This document shows, in pieces, positions 12,801-26,043 of a stretch of 64,000 nucleotides of DNA (the stretch's first letter is position 1; the number at the start of each line of letters is the position of its first letter). The notes under the pieces were generated by a model. It was not told where the DNA came from and ran no database searches. It saw nothing but the letters and a program-made list of their open reading frames with translations. Origin of the DNA: Eledone cirrhosa (Eukaryota); NCBI GenBank assembly GCA_964016885.1, contig OZ024744.1, positions 16,554,001-16,618,000 of the forward strand. The letters are read 5' to 3'. Position numbers and translations under genes: made by a program.

Positions 12801-15410
12801 ACTGTAGTACTGTTTAAAGTGTACTGTTCAGCTGAAGAATGTGTCCTGTGTTTACTGTAGTACTGTGTAACGTGTACTGTTCACCTGAAGAATGTGTCCT
12901 GTGTTTACTGTAGTAATGCGTAAAGTGTACTGTTCACCTGAAGAATGTGTCCTGTGTTTACTGTAGTACTGTGTAAAGTGTACTGTTCACATGAAGAATG
13001 TGTCCTGTGTTTAATGTAGGACTGTGTAAATTGTACTGTTCACCTGAAAAATGTGTCCTGTGTTTACTGTAGTACTGTGTAAAGTGTACAGTTCACCTTA
13101 AGAAAGTGTCCCATGTTTACTGTAGTACTGTGTAAAGTGTACTGTTCACCTGAAGAACGAGTCCTGTGTTTACTGTAGTACTGTGTAAAGTGTACTGTTC
13201 ACCTGACGAATGTGTCCTGTGTTTACTCTAGTACTGTGTAAAGTGTAATGTTTACCTGAAGAATGTGTCCTGTGTTTACTGTAGTACTGTGTAAAGTGTA
13301 CTGTTCACCTGAAGAATATGTCCCGTGTTTTCTGTAGTACTGTGTAAAGTGTACTGTTCACCTGAAGAATGTGTCCTGTGTTTACTGTAGTACTGTGTAA
13401 AGTGTACTGTTTAGCTGAAGAATGTGTCCAGTGTTTACTGTAGTACTGTGTAAAGTGTACTGTTCACCTGACGAAAATGTCCTGTGTTTACTGTAGTACT
13501 GTGTAAAGTGTACTGTTCAGCTGATGAATGTGTCCTGTGTTTACTGTAGTAGTGTGTAAAGTGTACTGTTCAGCTGAGGAATGTGTCCTGTGTTTATTGT
13601 AGTACTGTGTTTAGTGTAATTTTCACCTGAAGAATGTGTCCTGTGTTTATTGTAGTACTGTGTAAAGTGTACTGTTCAGCTGAAGAATGTGTCCTCTGTT
13701 TACTGTAGTAACGTGTAAAGTGTACTGTTCACCTGACGAATGTGTCCTGTGTTTACTTTAGTACTGTGTAAAGTGTACTGTTCACCTGAAGAATGTGTCC
13801 TGTGTTTACTGTAGTACTGTGTAAAGTGTACTGTTCACCTGGGGTATGTGTCCTGTGTTTACTGTAGTACTGTGTACAGTGTACTCTTCAGCTGAAGAAT
13901 GTGTCCTGTGTTTACTGTAGTACTGTCTAAAGTGTACTATTCACCTGACGAATGTGTCCTGTGTTTACTGTAGTACTATGTAAAGTGTACTGTTCACCTG
14001 AAGAATGTGTCCTGTGTTTACTGTATTACTGTGTAACGTGTACTGTTCACCTGAAGAATGTGTCCTGTGCTTACTCTAGTACTGTGTAAAGTGTACTGTT
14101 CACCTGAAGAATATGTCCTCTGTTTAACATAGTAATGTGTAAAGTGTACTGTTCACCTACAGAATGTGTCCTGTGTTTACTGTAGTAATGTGTAAAGTGT
14201 ACTTTTCACCTGAAGAATATGTCCCGTGTTTACTGTAGTACTGTGTAAAGTGTACTCTTCACCTGAAGAATGTGTCCTGTGTTTACTGTAGTACTGTGTA
14301 AAGTATAATGCACAGCTGAAGAAAGTGTCCTGTGTTTACTGTAGGACTGTGTAAAGTGTACTGTTCACCTGAAGAATGTGTACCGTGTTTACTGTAGTAC
14401 TGTGTAAAGTGTACTCTTCACCTGTAGAATGTGTCCTGTGTTTACTGTTTTACGCTGGTACTGTGTAAAGCGTACTGTTCACCTGACGAACGTGTCCTGT
14501 GTTTACTGTAGAACTGTGTAAAGTGTACTGCTCAGCTGAGGAATGTGTCCTGTGTTTACTGTAGTAGTGTGTAAAGTGTACTGTTCACCTGACGAATGTG
14601 TCCTGTGTTTACTGTAGTACTGTGTAAGATGTACTGTTCAGCTAACTAATGGTTCCTGTGTTTACTGTAGTACCGTGTAAAATGTACTCTTCACCTGAAG
14701 AATGTGTCCTGTGTTTACTATCGTACTGTGTAAAGTGTACTCTTCACCTGAAGAATGTGTCCAGTGTTTGCTGCAGTACTGTGTAAAGTGTACCGTTCAG
14801 CTGAAGAATGTGTCCTGTGTTTACTGTAGCACTGTGTAAAGTATACTGTTCACCTGAAAAATCTGTCCTGTGTTTACTGTAGTACTGTGTAAAGTGTACA
14901 GTTCACCTTAAGAAAGTGTCCCATGTTTACTGTAGTACTGTGTAAAGTGTACTGTTCACCTGAAGAACGAGTCCTGTGTTTACTGTAGTACTGTGTAAAT
15001 TGTACTGTTCACCTGAAGAATGTGTCCTCTGTTTACTCTAGTACTGTGTAAAGTGTAATGTTTACCTGAAGAATGTATCCTGTGTTTACTGTAGTACTGT
15101 GTAAAGTGTACTGTTCACCTGAAGAATATGTCCCGTGTTTTCTGTAGTACTGTGTAAAGTCTACTGTTCACCTGAAGAAAGTGTCCTGTGTTTACTGTAG
15201 TACTGTGTAAAGTGTACTGTTCACCTGAAGAATGTGTCCTGTGTTTACTGTAGTACTGTGTAAAGTGTACTGTTCAGCTGAGGAATGTTTCCTGCGTTTA
15301 CTTTAGTACAGTGTAAAGTGTACTGTTCACGTGAATAATGTTTTCTGTGTTGACTGTAGTACTGTGTAAAGTGTACTGTTCACCTGAAGAATGTGTCCTG
15401 TGTTTACTGT
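9830..15410. repeat. Duplicated block ~9830-11160 vs ~13760-15410, differing by a 6-monomer (318 bp) indel
   Basis: GGGGTAT at 9911/13841 and TTTACGCT at 10519/14449 give offset 3,930. GTGAATAATGTTTT at 11083/15331 gives offset 4,248. The difference is 318 = 6x53. Confidence 0.85.
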
Positions 15411-18400
15411 AGTACTGTATAACGTCTACTGTTCACCAGAAGAATGTGTCCTGTGTTTACTGTAGTACTGTGTAAAGTGTACTGTTCACCTGAAGAATGT
15501 GTCCTGTGTTTATTGTAGTACTGTGTAAAGTGTACTGTTCAGCTGAAGAATGTGTCCTCTGTTTACTGTAGTAACGTGTAAAGTGTACTGTTCACCTGAA
15601 GAATGTGTCCTGTGTTAACTGTAGTACTGTGTAAAGTGTACTGTTCACCTGAAGAAAATGTCCTGTGTTTACTGTAGTACTGTGTAAAGTGTACTGTTCA
15701 GCTGACGAATGGTTCCTGTATTTTCTGTAGTAATGTGTAAAGTGTACTGTTCACCTGAAGAATGTGTCCTGTGTTTACTGTAGTACTGTGTAAAGTGTAC
15801 TGTTCACCTGAAGCATGTGTCCTGTGTTTACTGTAGTACTGTGTAAAGTGTACTGTTCGCCTGAAGAATGTGTCCTGTGTTTAATGTGGTACTGTGTAAA
15901 GTGTACTGTTCAGCTGAAGAATGTGTCCTGTGTTTACTCTAGTACTGTGTAAAGAGTACTGTTCACCTGAAGAATATGTCCTCTGTTTAATTTAGTAATG
16001 TGTAAAGTGTACTCTTCACCTGAAGAATGTGTCCTGTGTTTACTGTGGTACTGTGTAAAGTGTACTGTTCAGCTGAATAATGTATCCTGTGTTTACTGTA
16101 GTACAGTGTACAGTGTACTGTTCAGTTGAAGAATGTGTCCCGTGTTTACTGTAGTACTGTGTAACGTGTACTGTTCACCTGAAGAATGTGTCCTGTGTTT
16201 ACTGTAGTACTGTTTAAAGTGTACTGTTCAGCTGAAGAATGTGTCCTGTGTTTACTGTAGTACTGTGTAACGTGTACTGTTCACCTGAAGAATGTGTCCT
16301 GTGTTTACTGTAGTAACCTGTAAAGTGTACTGTTCACCTGAAGAATGTGTCCTGTGTTTACTGTAGTACTGTGTAAAGTGTACTGTTCAGCTGACGAATG
16401 TGTCCTGTGTTTACTGTTGTACTGTGTAAAGTATACTGTTCACCTGAAGAATATTTCCCGTGTTTACTGTAGTACTGTGTAAAGTGTACTGTTCACCTGA
16501 AGAAAGTGTCCTGTGTTTACTGTAGTACTGTGTAAAGTGTACTGTTCAGCTGACGAATGGTTCCTGTATTTACTGTAGTAATGTGTAAAGTGTACTGTTC
16601 ACCTGAAGTATGTCTCCTGTGTTTACTGTAGTACTGTGTAAAGTGTACTGTTCACCTGAAGAATGTGTCCTGTGTTTATTGTAGTACTGTGTAAAGTGTA
16701 CTGTTCAGTTGAAGAATGTGTCCTGTGTTTACTGTAGTAACGTGTAAAGTGTACTGTTCAGCTGACGAATGTGTCCAGTGTTTACTGTAGTACTGTGTAA
16801 AGTGTACTGTTCACCTGAAGAATGTCTCCTGTATTTACTGTAGTACTGTGTAAAGTGTACTGTTCACCTGAAGAATGTGACCTGTGTTTACTGTAGTACT
16901 TTGTAAAGTGTAATGTTCAGCTGAAGAATGTGTCCTGTGTTTACTGTAGTACTGTGTAAAGTGTACTGTTCACCTGAAGAATGTGTCCTCTGTTTACTGT
17001 AGTACTGTGTAAACTGTACTGTTCAGCTGATGAATGTGTCCTGTGTTTACTGTCGTACTGTGTAATGTGTACTGTTCAGCTGAAGAATGTGTCCTGTGTT
17101 TACTGGAGTACTGTGTAAAGTGTACTGTTCAGTTGAAGAAAGTGTCCTCTGTTTACTGTAGTAATGTGTAAAGTGTACTGTTCAGCTGACGAATGTGTCC
17201 TGTGTATACTGTAGTACTGTGTAAAGTGTACTGTTCACCTGAAGAATTTGTCCTGTGTTTACTGTAGTACTGTGTAAAGTGTACTGTTCACCTGAAGAAT
17301 GTGTCCTGTGTTTACTGTAGTACTGTGTAAAGTATAATGTTTAGCTGAAGAAAGTGTCCTGTGTTTACTGTAGTAATGTGTAAAGTGTACTGTTCATTTC
17401 AAGAATATGTCCTGTGTTTACTGTAGTTCCGTGTAAAGTGTACTGTTGACCTGAAGAATGTGTCCTGTGTTTACTGTAGTACTGTGTAACGTGTACTGTT
17501 CACCTGAAGAATGTGTCCTGTGCTTACTCTAGTACTGTGTAAAGTGTACTGTTCACCTGAAGAATATGTCCTCTGTTTAACATAGTAATGTGTAAAGTGT
17601 ACTGTTCACCTACAGAATGTGTCCTGTGTTTACTGTGGTACTGTGTAAAGCGTACTGTTCAGCTGAAGAATGTGTCCTGTGTTTAATGTAGTACTGTGTA
17701 CAGTCTACTGTTCAGTTGAAGAATGTGTCCTGTGTTTACTGTAGTACTGTGTAACGTGTACTGTTCACCTGAAGAATGTGTCCTGTGTTTACTGTAGTAC
17801 TGTTTAAAGTGTACTGTTCAGCTGAAGAATGTGTCCCGTATTTACTGTAGTACTGTGTAACGTGTACTGTTCACCTGAAGAATTTGTCCTGTGTTTACTG
17901 TAGTACTGTGTAAAGTGTACTGTTCAGCTGAGGAATGTGTCCTGTGTTTACTGAAGTACTGTGTAAAGTGGACTGTTCACCTGAAGAATGTGTCCTGTGT
18001 TTACTGTAGTACTGTGTAAAGTGTACTGTTCACGTGAAGAATGTGTCCTGTGTTGACTGCAGTACTGTGTAAAGTGTACTGTTCACCTGAAAAATGTGTC
18101 CTGTGTTTACTTAAGTACTGTGTAAAGTGTACTGTTCTCCTGAAGAATGTGTCCTGTGTTTACTGTAGTACTGTGTAAAGTGTACTGTTCACCTGAAGAA
18201 TATATCGTGTGTTTACTGTAGTACTGTGTAAATTGTACTGTACACGTGAAGAATCTGTTCTGTGTTGACTGTAGTACTGTGTAAAGTGTACTGTTCAGCT
18301 GAGGAATGTTTCCTGCGTTTACTTTAGTACTGTGTAAAGTGTACTGTTCACCTGTAGAATGTGTCCTGTGTTTACTGTAGTAATGTGTAAAGTGTACTGT

Positions 18401-19249
18401 TCACCTGAAGAATATGTCCCGTGTTTACTGTAGTACTGTGTAAAGTGTACTCTTCACCTGAAGAATGTGTCCTGTGTTTACTGTAGTACTGTGTAAAATA
18501 TAATGCACAGCTGAAGAAAGTGTCCTGTGTTTACTGTAGGACTGTGTAAAGAGTACTGTTCACCTGAAGAATGTGTACTGTGTTTACTGTAGTACTGTGT
18601 AAAGTGTACTCTTCACCTGAAGAATGTGTCCTGTGTTTACTGTTTTACGCTGCTACTGTGTAAAGCGTACTGTTCACCTGACGAATGTGTGCTGTGTTTA
18701 CTGTAGAACTGTGTAAAGTGTACTGTTCAGCTGAGGAATGTGTCCTGTATTTACTGTAGTAGTGTGTAAAGTGTACTGTTCACCTGACGAATGTGTCCTG
18801 TGTTTACTGTAGTACTGTGTAAGATGTACTGTTCAGCTAACTAATGGTTCCTGTGTTTACTGTAGTACCGTGTAAAATGTACTCTTCACCTGAAGAATGT
18901 GTCCTGTGTTTACTATCGTACTGTGTAAAGTGTACTCTTCACCTGAAGAATGTGTCCTGTGTTTGCTGCAGTACTGTGTAAAGTGTACCGTTCAGCTGAA
19001 GAATGTGTCCTGTGTTTACTGTAGCACTGTGTAAAGTATACTGTTCACCTGAAGAATGTGTCCTGTGTTTACTGTAGTAATGTGTAAAGTGTACTGTTCA
19101 CCTGACGAATGTGTCCTGTGTTTACTCTAGTAATGCGTAAAGTGTACTGTTCACCTGAAGAATGTGTCCTGTGTTTACTGTAGTACTGTGTAAAGTGTAC
19201 TGTTCACATGAAGAATATATCCTGTGTTTACTGTAGTACTGTGTAAAGT

Positions 19250-19460
19250 GTACTGTTCACCTTAAGAAAGTGTCCCATGTTTACTGTAGTACTGTGTAAA
19301 GTGTACTGTTCACCTGAAGAACGAGTCCTGTGTTTACTGTAGTAATGTGTAAAGTGTACAGTTCACCTTAAGAAAGTGTCCCATGTTTACTGTAGTACTG
19401 TGTAAAGTGTACTGTTCACCTGAAGAACGAGTCCTGTGTTTACTGTAGTACTGTGTAAAG
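19250..19460. repeat. Local 2-monomer (106 bp) tandem duplication
   Basis: CTTAAGAAAGTGTCCCAT followed by a GAACGAGTCC monomer, at 19261 and 19367. Confidence 0.85.
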
Positions 19461-22400
19461 TGTACTGTTCACCTGAAAATGTGTCCTGTGTTTACTCTAG
19501 TACTGTGTAAAGTGTAATGTTTACCTGAAGAACGTGTCCTCTGTTTACAGTAGTACTGTGTAAAGTGTACTGTTCACCTGAAGAATATGTCCCGTGTTTT
19601 CTGTAGTACTGTGTAAAGTGTACTGTTCACCTGAAGAATGTGTCCTGTGTTTACTGTAGTACTGTGTAAAGTGTACTGTTTAGCTGAAGAATGTGTCCAG
19701 TGTTTACTGTAGTACTGTGTAAAGTGTACAGTTCACCTGACGAAAATGTCCTGTGTTTACTGTAGTACTGTGTAAAGTGTACTGTTCAGCTGATGAATGT
19801 GTCCTGTGTTTACTGTAGTAGTGTGTAAAGTGTACTGTTCAGCTGAGGAATGTGTCATGTGTTTATTGTAGTACTGTGTTTAGTGTAATTTTCACCTGAA
19901 GAAAGTGTCCTGTGTTTACTCTAGTACTGTGTACGGTGTACTGTTCAGCTGAGGAATGTGTTCTGTGTTTACTGTAGTACTGTGTATAGTGTACTGATCA
20001 CTTGAAGAATGTGTCCTGTGTTTACTGTAGTACTGTTTAAAGTGTACTGTTCACCTGAAGAATGTGTCCTGTGTTTACTGTAGTACTGTGTACAGTGTAC
20101 AGTTCACCTGGGGAATGTGTCCTGTGTTTACTGTAGTACTGTGTACAGTGTACTGTTCAGCTGAAGAATGTGTCCTGTGTTTACTGTAGTACTGTGTAAA
20201 GTGTACTGTTCACATGGGGAATGTGTCCTGTGTTTACTGTAGTACTGTGTAAAGTGTACTGTTCACCTGAAGAATGTGTCCTGTGTTTACTGTAGTACTG
20301 TGTACAGTGTACAGTTCACCTGGGGAATGTGTCCTGTGTTTACTGTAGTACTGTGTAAAGTGTACTGTTCACCTGAAGAATGTGTCCTGTGTTTACTGTA
20401 GTACTGTGTAAAGTGTACCTTTCAGCTGAAGAATGTGTCCTGTGTTTACTGTAGTACTGTGTAAAGTGTACTGTTCACCTGAAGAATGTGTCTTGTGTTT
20501 ACTGTAGTAATGTGTAAAGTGTACTGTTCAGCTGAAGAATGTGTCCTGTGTTTACTGTAGTAATATGTAAAGTGTACTGTTCACCTGAAGAATGTGTCTT
20601 GTGTTTACTGTAGTAATGTGTAAAGTGTACTGTTCACCTGAAGAATATGTCCCGTGTTTACTGTAGTACTGTGTAAAGTGTACTCTTCACCTGAAGAATG
20701 TGTCCTGTGTTTACTGTAGTACTGTGTAAAGTATAATGCACAGCTGAAGAAAGTGTCCTGTGTTTACTGTAGAACTGTGTAAAGTGTACTGTTCACCTGA
20801 AGAATGTGTACTGTGTTTACTGTAGTACTGTGTAAAGTGTACTCTTCACCTGAAGAATGTGACCTGTGTTTACTGTTTTACGCTGGTACTGTGTAAAGCG
20901 TACTGTTCACCTGACGAACGTGTCCTGTGTTTACTGTAGAACTGTGTAAAGTGTACTGTTCAGCTGAGGAATGTGTCCTGTGTTTACTGTAGTAGTGTGT
21001 AAAGTGTACTGTTCCCCTGACGAATGTGTCCTGTGTTTACTGTAGTACTGTGTAAGATGTACTGTTCAGCTAACTAATGGTTCCTGTGTTTACTGTAGTA
21101 CCGGGTAAAATGTACTCTTCACCTGAAGAATGTGTCCTGTGTTTACTATCGTACTGTGTAAAGTGTACTCTTCACCTGAAGAATGTGTCCAGTGTTTGCC
21201 TGCAGTACTGTGTAAAGTCTACCGTTCAGCTGAAGAATGTGTCCTGTGTTTACTGTAGCACTGTGTAAAGTATACTGTTCACCTGAAGAATGTGTCCTGT
21301 GTTTACTGTAGTAATGTGTAAAGTGTACTGTTCACCTGACGAATGTGTCCTGTGTTTACTCTAGTAATGCGTAAAGTGTACTGTTCACCTGAAGAATGTG
21401 TCCTGTGTTTACTGTAGTACTGTGTAAAGTGTACTGTTCACATGAAGAATATATCCTGTGTTTACTGTAGTACTGTGTAAAGTGTACTGTTCACCTTAAG
21501 AAAGTGTCCCATGTTTACTGTAGTACTGTGTAAAGTGTACTGTTCACCTGAAGAACGGGTCCTGTGTTTACTGTAGTAATGTGTAAAGTGTACTGTTCTG
21601 CTGACGAATATGTCCTGTGTTTACTGTAGTAGTGTGTAAAGTGTACTGTTCAGCTGAGGAATGTGTCCTCTGTTTATTGTAGTACTGTGTATAGTGTAAT
21701 TTTCACCTGAAGAAAGTGTCCTTTGTTTACTCTAGTACTGTGTACGGTGTACTGTTCAGCTGAGGAATGTGTTCTGTGTTTACTGTAGTACTGTGTAAAG
21801 TGTACTGATCACTTGAAGAATGTGTACTGTGTTTACTGTAGTACTGTTTAAAGTGTACTGTTCACCTGAAGAATGTGTCCTGTGTTTACTGTAGTACTGT
21901 GTACAGTGTACTGTTCACCTGGGGAATGTGTCCTGTGTTTACTGTAGTACTGTGTACAGTGTACTGTTCACCTGAAGAATGTGTCCTGTGTTGACTGTCG
22001 TACTGTGTAAAGTGTACTGTTCTGCTGAAGAATGTGTCCTGTGTTCACTGTAGTACTGTGTAAAATGTACTGTTCACCTGAGCAATGTGTCCTGTGTTTA
22101 CTGTAGTACTGTGTAAAATGTACTGTTCACCTGACGAATGTGTCCTGTGTTTACTGTAGTACTGTGTAAAGTGTACTGTTCAGCTGAAGAATGTGTCCTG
22201 TGTTTACTGTAGTACTGTGTAAAGCGTACTGTTCAGCTGAAGAATGTGTCCTGTGTTTACTGTAGTACTGTGTAAAGTGTACTGTTCACATGAAGAATGT
22301 GTACTGTGTTTATTGTAGTACTGTCTAAAGTGTACTGTTCACGGGAAGTACGTGTCCTGTGTTTACTGTAGTACTGTGTAAAGTGTACTCTTTACCTGAG

Positions 22401-25400
22401 GAATTGGACCTGTGTTTACTGTAGTACCGTGTAAAACGTACTGTTCACCTGAAGAATGTGTCCTGTGTTTACTGTAGTACTGTGTAATGTGTACTGTTCA
22501 CCTGAAGAATGTGTCCTGTGTTTACTGTAGTAATGTGTAAAGTGTACAGTTAACCTGAGAAAGTGTCCTCTGTTTACTGTAGTACTGTGTAAAGTGTACT
22601 GTTCAGCTGAAGAATTTGTCCTGTGTTTACTGTAGTACTGTGTAAAGTGTACTGTTCACCTGAAGAATGTGTCCTGTGTTTACTGTGGTAATGTGTAAAG
22701 TGTGCTGTTCAGCTGAAGAATATGTCCTGTGTTTAGTGTGGTACTGTGTAAAGTATACTGTTCACCTGAAGAATATGTCCCGTGTTTACTGTAGTACTGC
22801 GTAAAGTGTACTCTTCACCTGAAGAATGTGTCCTATGTTTACTGTAGTACTGTGCAAAGTGTACTGTTTAGCTGAAGAATGTGTCCAGTGTTTACTGTAG
22901 TACTGTGTAAAGTGTACTGTTCACCTGAAGAATATGTCCCGTGTTTTCTGTAGTACTGTGTATAGTGTACTGTTCACCTGAAGAATGTGTCCTGTGTTTA
23001 CTGTAGTACTGTGTAAAGTGTACTGTTTAGCTGAAGAATGTATCCAGTGTTTACTGTAGTACTGTGTAGAGTGTACTGTTCACCTGACGAAAATGTCCTG
23101 TCTTTACTGTAGTACTGTGTATAGTGTAATTTTCACCTGAAGTAAGTGTCCTGTGTTTACTCTAGTACTGTGTACGGTGTACTGTTCAGCTGAGGAATGT
23201 GTTCTGTGTTTACTGTAGTACTGTGTAAATTGTACTATTCACCTGTGGAATGTGTCTTGTGTTTACTGTAGTACTGTGTAAAGTGTATTGATCACTTGAA
23301 GAATGTGTCCTGTGTTTACTGTAGTACTGTGTAAAGTGTACTGTTCAGCTGAAGAATGTGTCCTGTGTTTACTATAGTACTGTGTAAAGTGGACGTTTGA
23401 ACTGAAGAATGTGTCCTGTGTTTACTCTAGTACTGTGTAAAGTGTACTGCACCTGAAGAATGTGTCCTGTGTTTACTGTAGTACTGTTTAAAGTGTACTG
23501 TTCACCTGAAGAATGTGTCCTGTGTTTACTGTAGTACTGTGTACAGTGTACTGTTCAGCTGATGAATGTGTCCTGTGTTTACTGTAGCACTGTGTACAGT
23601 GTACTGTTCACCTGAAGAATGTGTCCTGTGTTGACTGTCGTACTGTGTAAAGTGTACTGTTCAGCTGAAGAATGTGTCCTGTGTTTACTGTAGTACCGTG
23701 TAAAGTGTACTGTTCATCTGAAGAATGTGTCCTGTGTTTACTGTAGTACTGTGTAACGTGTACTGTTCACCTGAAGAATGTGTCCTGTGTTTACTGTAGT
23801 ACTGTGTAAAGCGTACTGTTCACCTGAAGAATGTGTCCTGTGTTTACTGTGGTACTGTGTAAAGTATACTGTTCATCTGAAGAATGTGTCCTGTGTTTAC
23901 TGTAGTACTGTGTAAAGTGTACTGTTCAGCTGAAGAAAGTGTCCTGTGTTTACTGTACTACTGTGTAAAGTGTACTGTTCAGCTGAAGAATGTGTCCTGT
24001 GTTTACTGTCGTACTGTGTAAAGTGTACTGTTCACCTGAAGAATGTGTCCTGTGTTTACTGTGGTAATGTGTAAAGTGTGCCGTTCAGCTGAAGAATATG
24101 TCCTGTGTTTAGTGTGGTACTGTGTAAAGTATACTGTTCACCTGAAGAATATTTCCCGTGTTTACTGTAGTACTGTGTAAAGTGTACTCTTCACCTGAAG
24201 AATGTGTCCTGTGTTTACTGTAGTACTGTGTAAAGTATAATGCACAGCTGAAGAAAGTGTCCTGTGTTTACTGTAGGACTGTGTAAAGTGTACTGTTCAC
24301 CTGAAGAATGTGTACTGTGTATACTGTAGTACTGTGTAAAGTGTACTCTTCACCTGAAGAATGTGTCCTGTGTTTACTGTTTTACGCTGGTACTGTGTAA
24401 AGCGTACTGTTTACCTGACGAATGTGTCCTGTGTTTACTGTAGAACTGTGTAAAGTGTACTGTTCAGCTGAGGAATGTGTCCTTTGTTTACTGTAGTACT
24501 GTGTAAAGTGTACTGTTCACCTGACGAATGTGTACTGTGTTTACTGTAGTACTGTGTAAGATGTACTGTTCAGCTAACTAATGGTTCCTGTGTTTACTGT
24601 AGTACCGTGTAAAATGTACTCTTCACCTGAAGAATGTGTCCTGTGTTTACTATCGTACTGTGTAAAGTGTACTCTTCACCTGAAGAATGTGTCCTGTGTT
24701 TGCTGCAGTACAGTGTAATGTATACTGTTCACCTGAATAATGTGTCCTGTGTTTACTGTAGTAATGTGTAAAGTGTACTGTTCACCTGACGAACGTGTCC
24801 TGTGTTTACTGTAGTAATGTGTAATGTGTACTGTTCACCTGAAGAATGTGTCCTGTGTTTACTGTAGTACTGTGTAAATTGTACTGTTCACATGAAGAAT
24901 GTGTCCTGTGTTTATTGTAGTACTCTGTAAAATGTAGTGTTCAGCTGAAGAATGTGTCCTGTGTTTACTGTAGTACTGTGTAAAGTGTACTGTTCAGCTG
25001 AGGAATGTGTCCTGTGTATACTGTAGTACTGTGTAAAGTGTACAGTTCATCTTAAGAAAGTGACCCATGTTTACTGTAGTACTGTGTAAAGTGTACTCTT
25101 CACCTGAAGAATATGTCCTGTTTTTACTGTAGTACTGTGTAAAGTGTACTGTTCACCTGCAGAACGTGTCCTTTGTTTACTGTAGTACTGTGTAAAGTGT
25201 ACTGTTCACCTGAAGAACGAGTCCTGTGTTTACTGTAGTACAGTGTAAAGTGTACTGTTCACCTGAAGAATGTGTCCTGTGCTTACTCTAGTACTGTGTA
25301 AAGTGTAATGTTCACCTGAAGAATGTGTCCTGTGTTTACTGTAGTACTGTGTAAAGTGTACTGTTCACCTGAAGAATGTGTCCCGTGTTTACTGTAGTAC

Positions 25401-26043
25401 TGTGTACAGTGTACTGTTCACCTGAAGAATATGTCCCGTGTTTTCTGTAGTACTATGTAAAGTGTACTGTTCAGCTGAGGAATGTGTCCTGTGTTTACTG
25501 AAGTACTGTGTAAAGCGTAGCTGAATAATGTGTCCAGTGTTTACTGTAGTACTGTGTAAAGTGTACTGTTCACCTGGCGAAAGTGTCCTGTGTTTACTGT
25601 AGTACTGTGTAAAGTGTACTGTTCAGCTGATGAATGTGTCCTGTGTTTACTGTAGCAGTGTGTAAAGTGTACTGTTCAGCTGAGGAATGTGTCCTGTGTT
25701 TATTGTAGTACTGTGTAAATTGTACTATTTACCTCAGGAATGTGTCTTGTGTTTACTGTAGTACTGTGTAAAGTGTACTGTTCACCTGAGGAATGTTTCC
25801 TGCTTTTACTTTAGTACTGTGGAAAGTGTACTGTTCACCTGAAGAATGTGTCCTGTGTTTACTGTAGTACTCTGTAAAATGTACTGTTCAGCTAAGGAAT
25901 GTGTCCTGTGTTTACTGTAGTACTGTGTAAAATGTACTGTTCACCTGAAGAATATGTCCTGTGTTTACTGTAGTACTGTGTAAATTGTACTGTACACCTG
26001 AAGAATGTGTTCTGTGTTCACTGTAGTACTGTGTAAAGTGTAG

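Noticed and set aside
20105-20330. Cluster of GGGG variants as a possible G-quadruplex
   Set aside because: There are only three G-runs, spaced 106 bp apart (a local 2-monomer periodicity), which is too few and too distant for a canonical G4.
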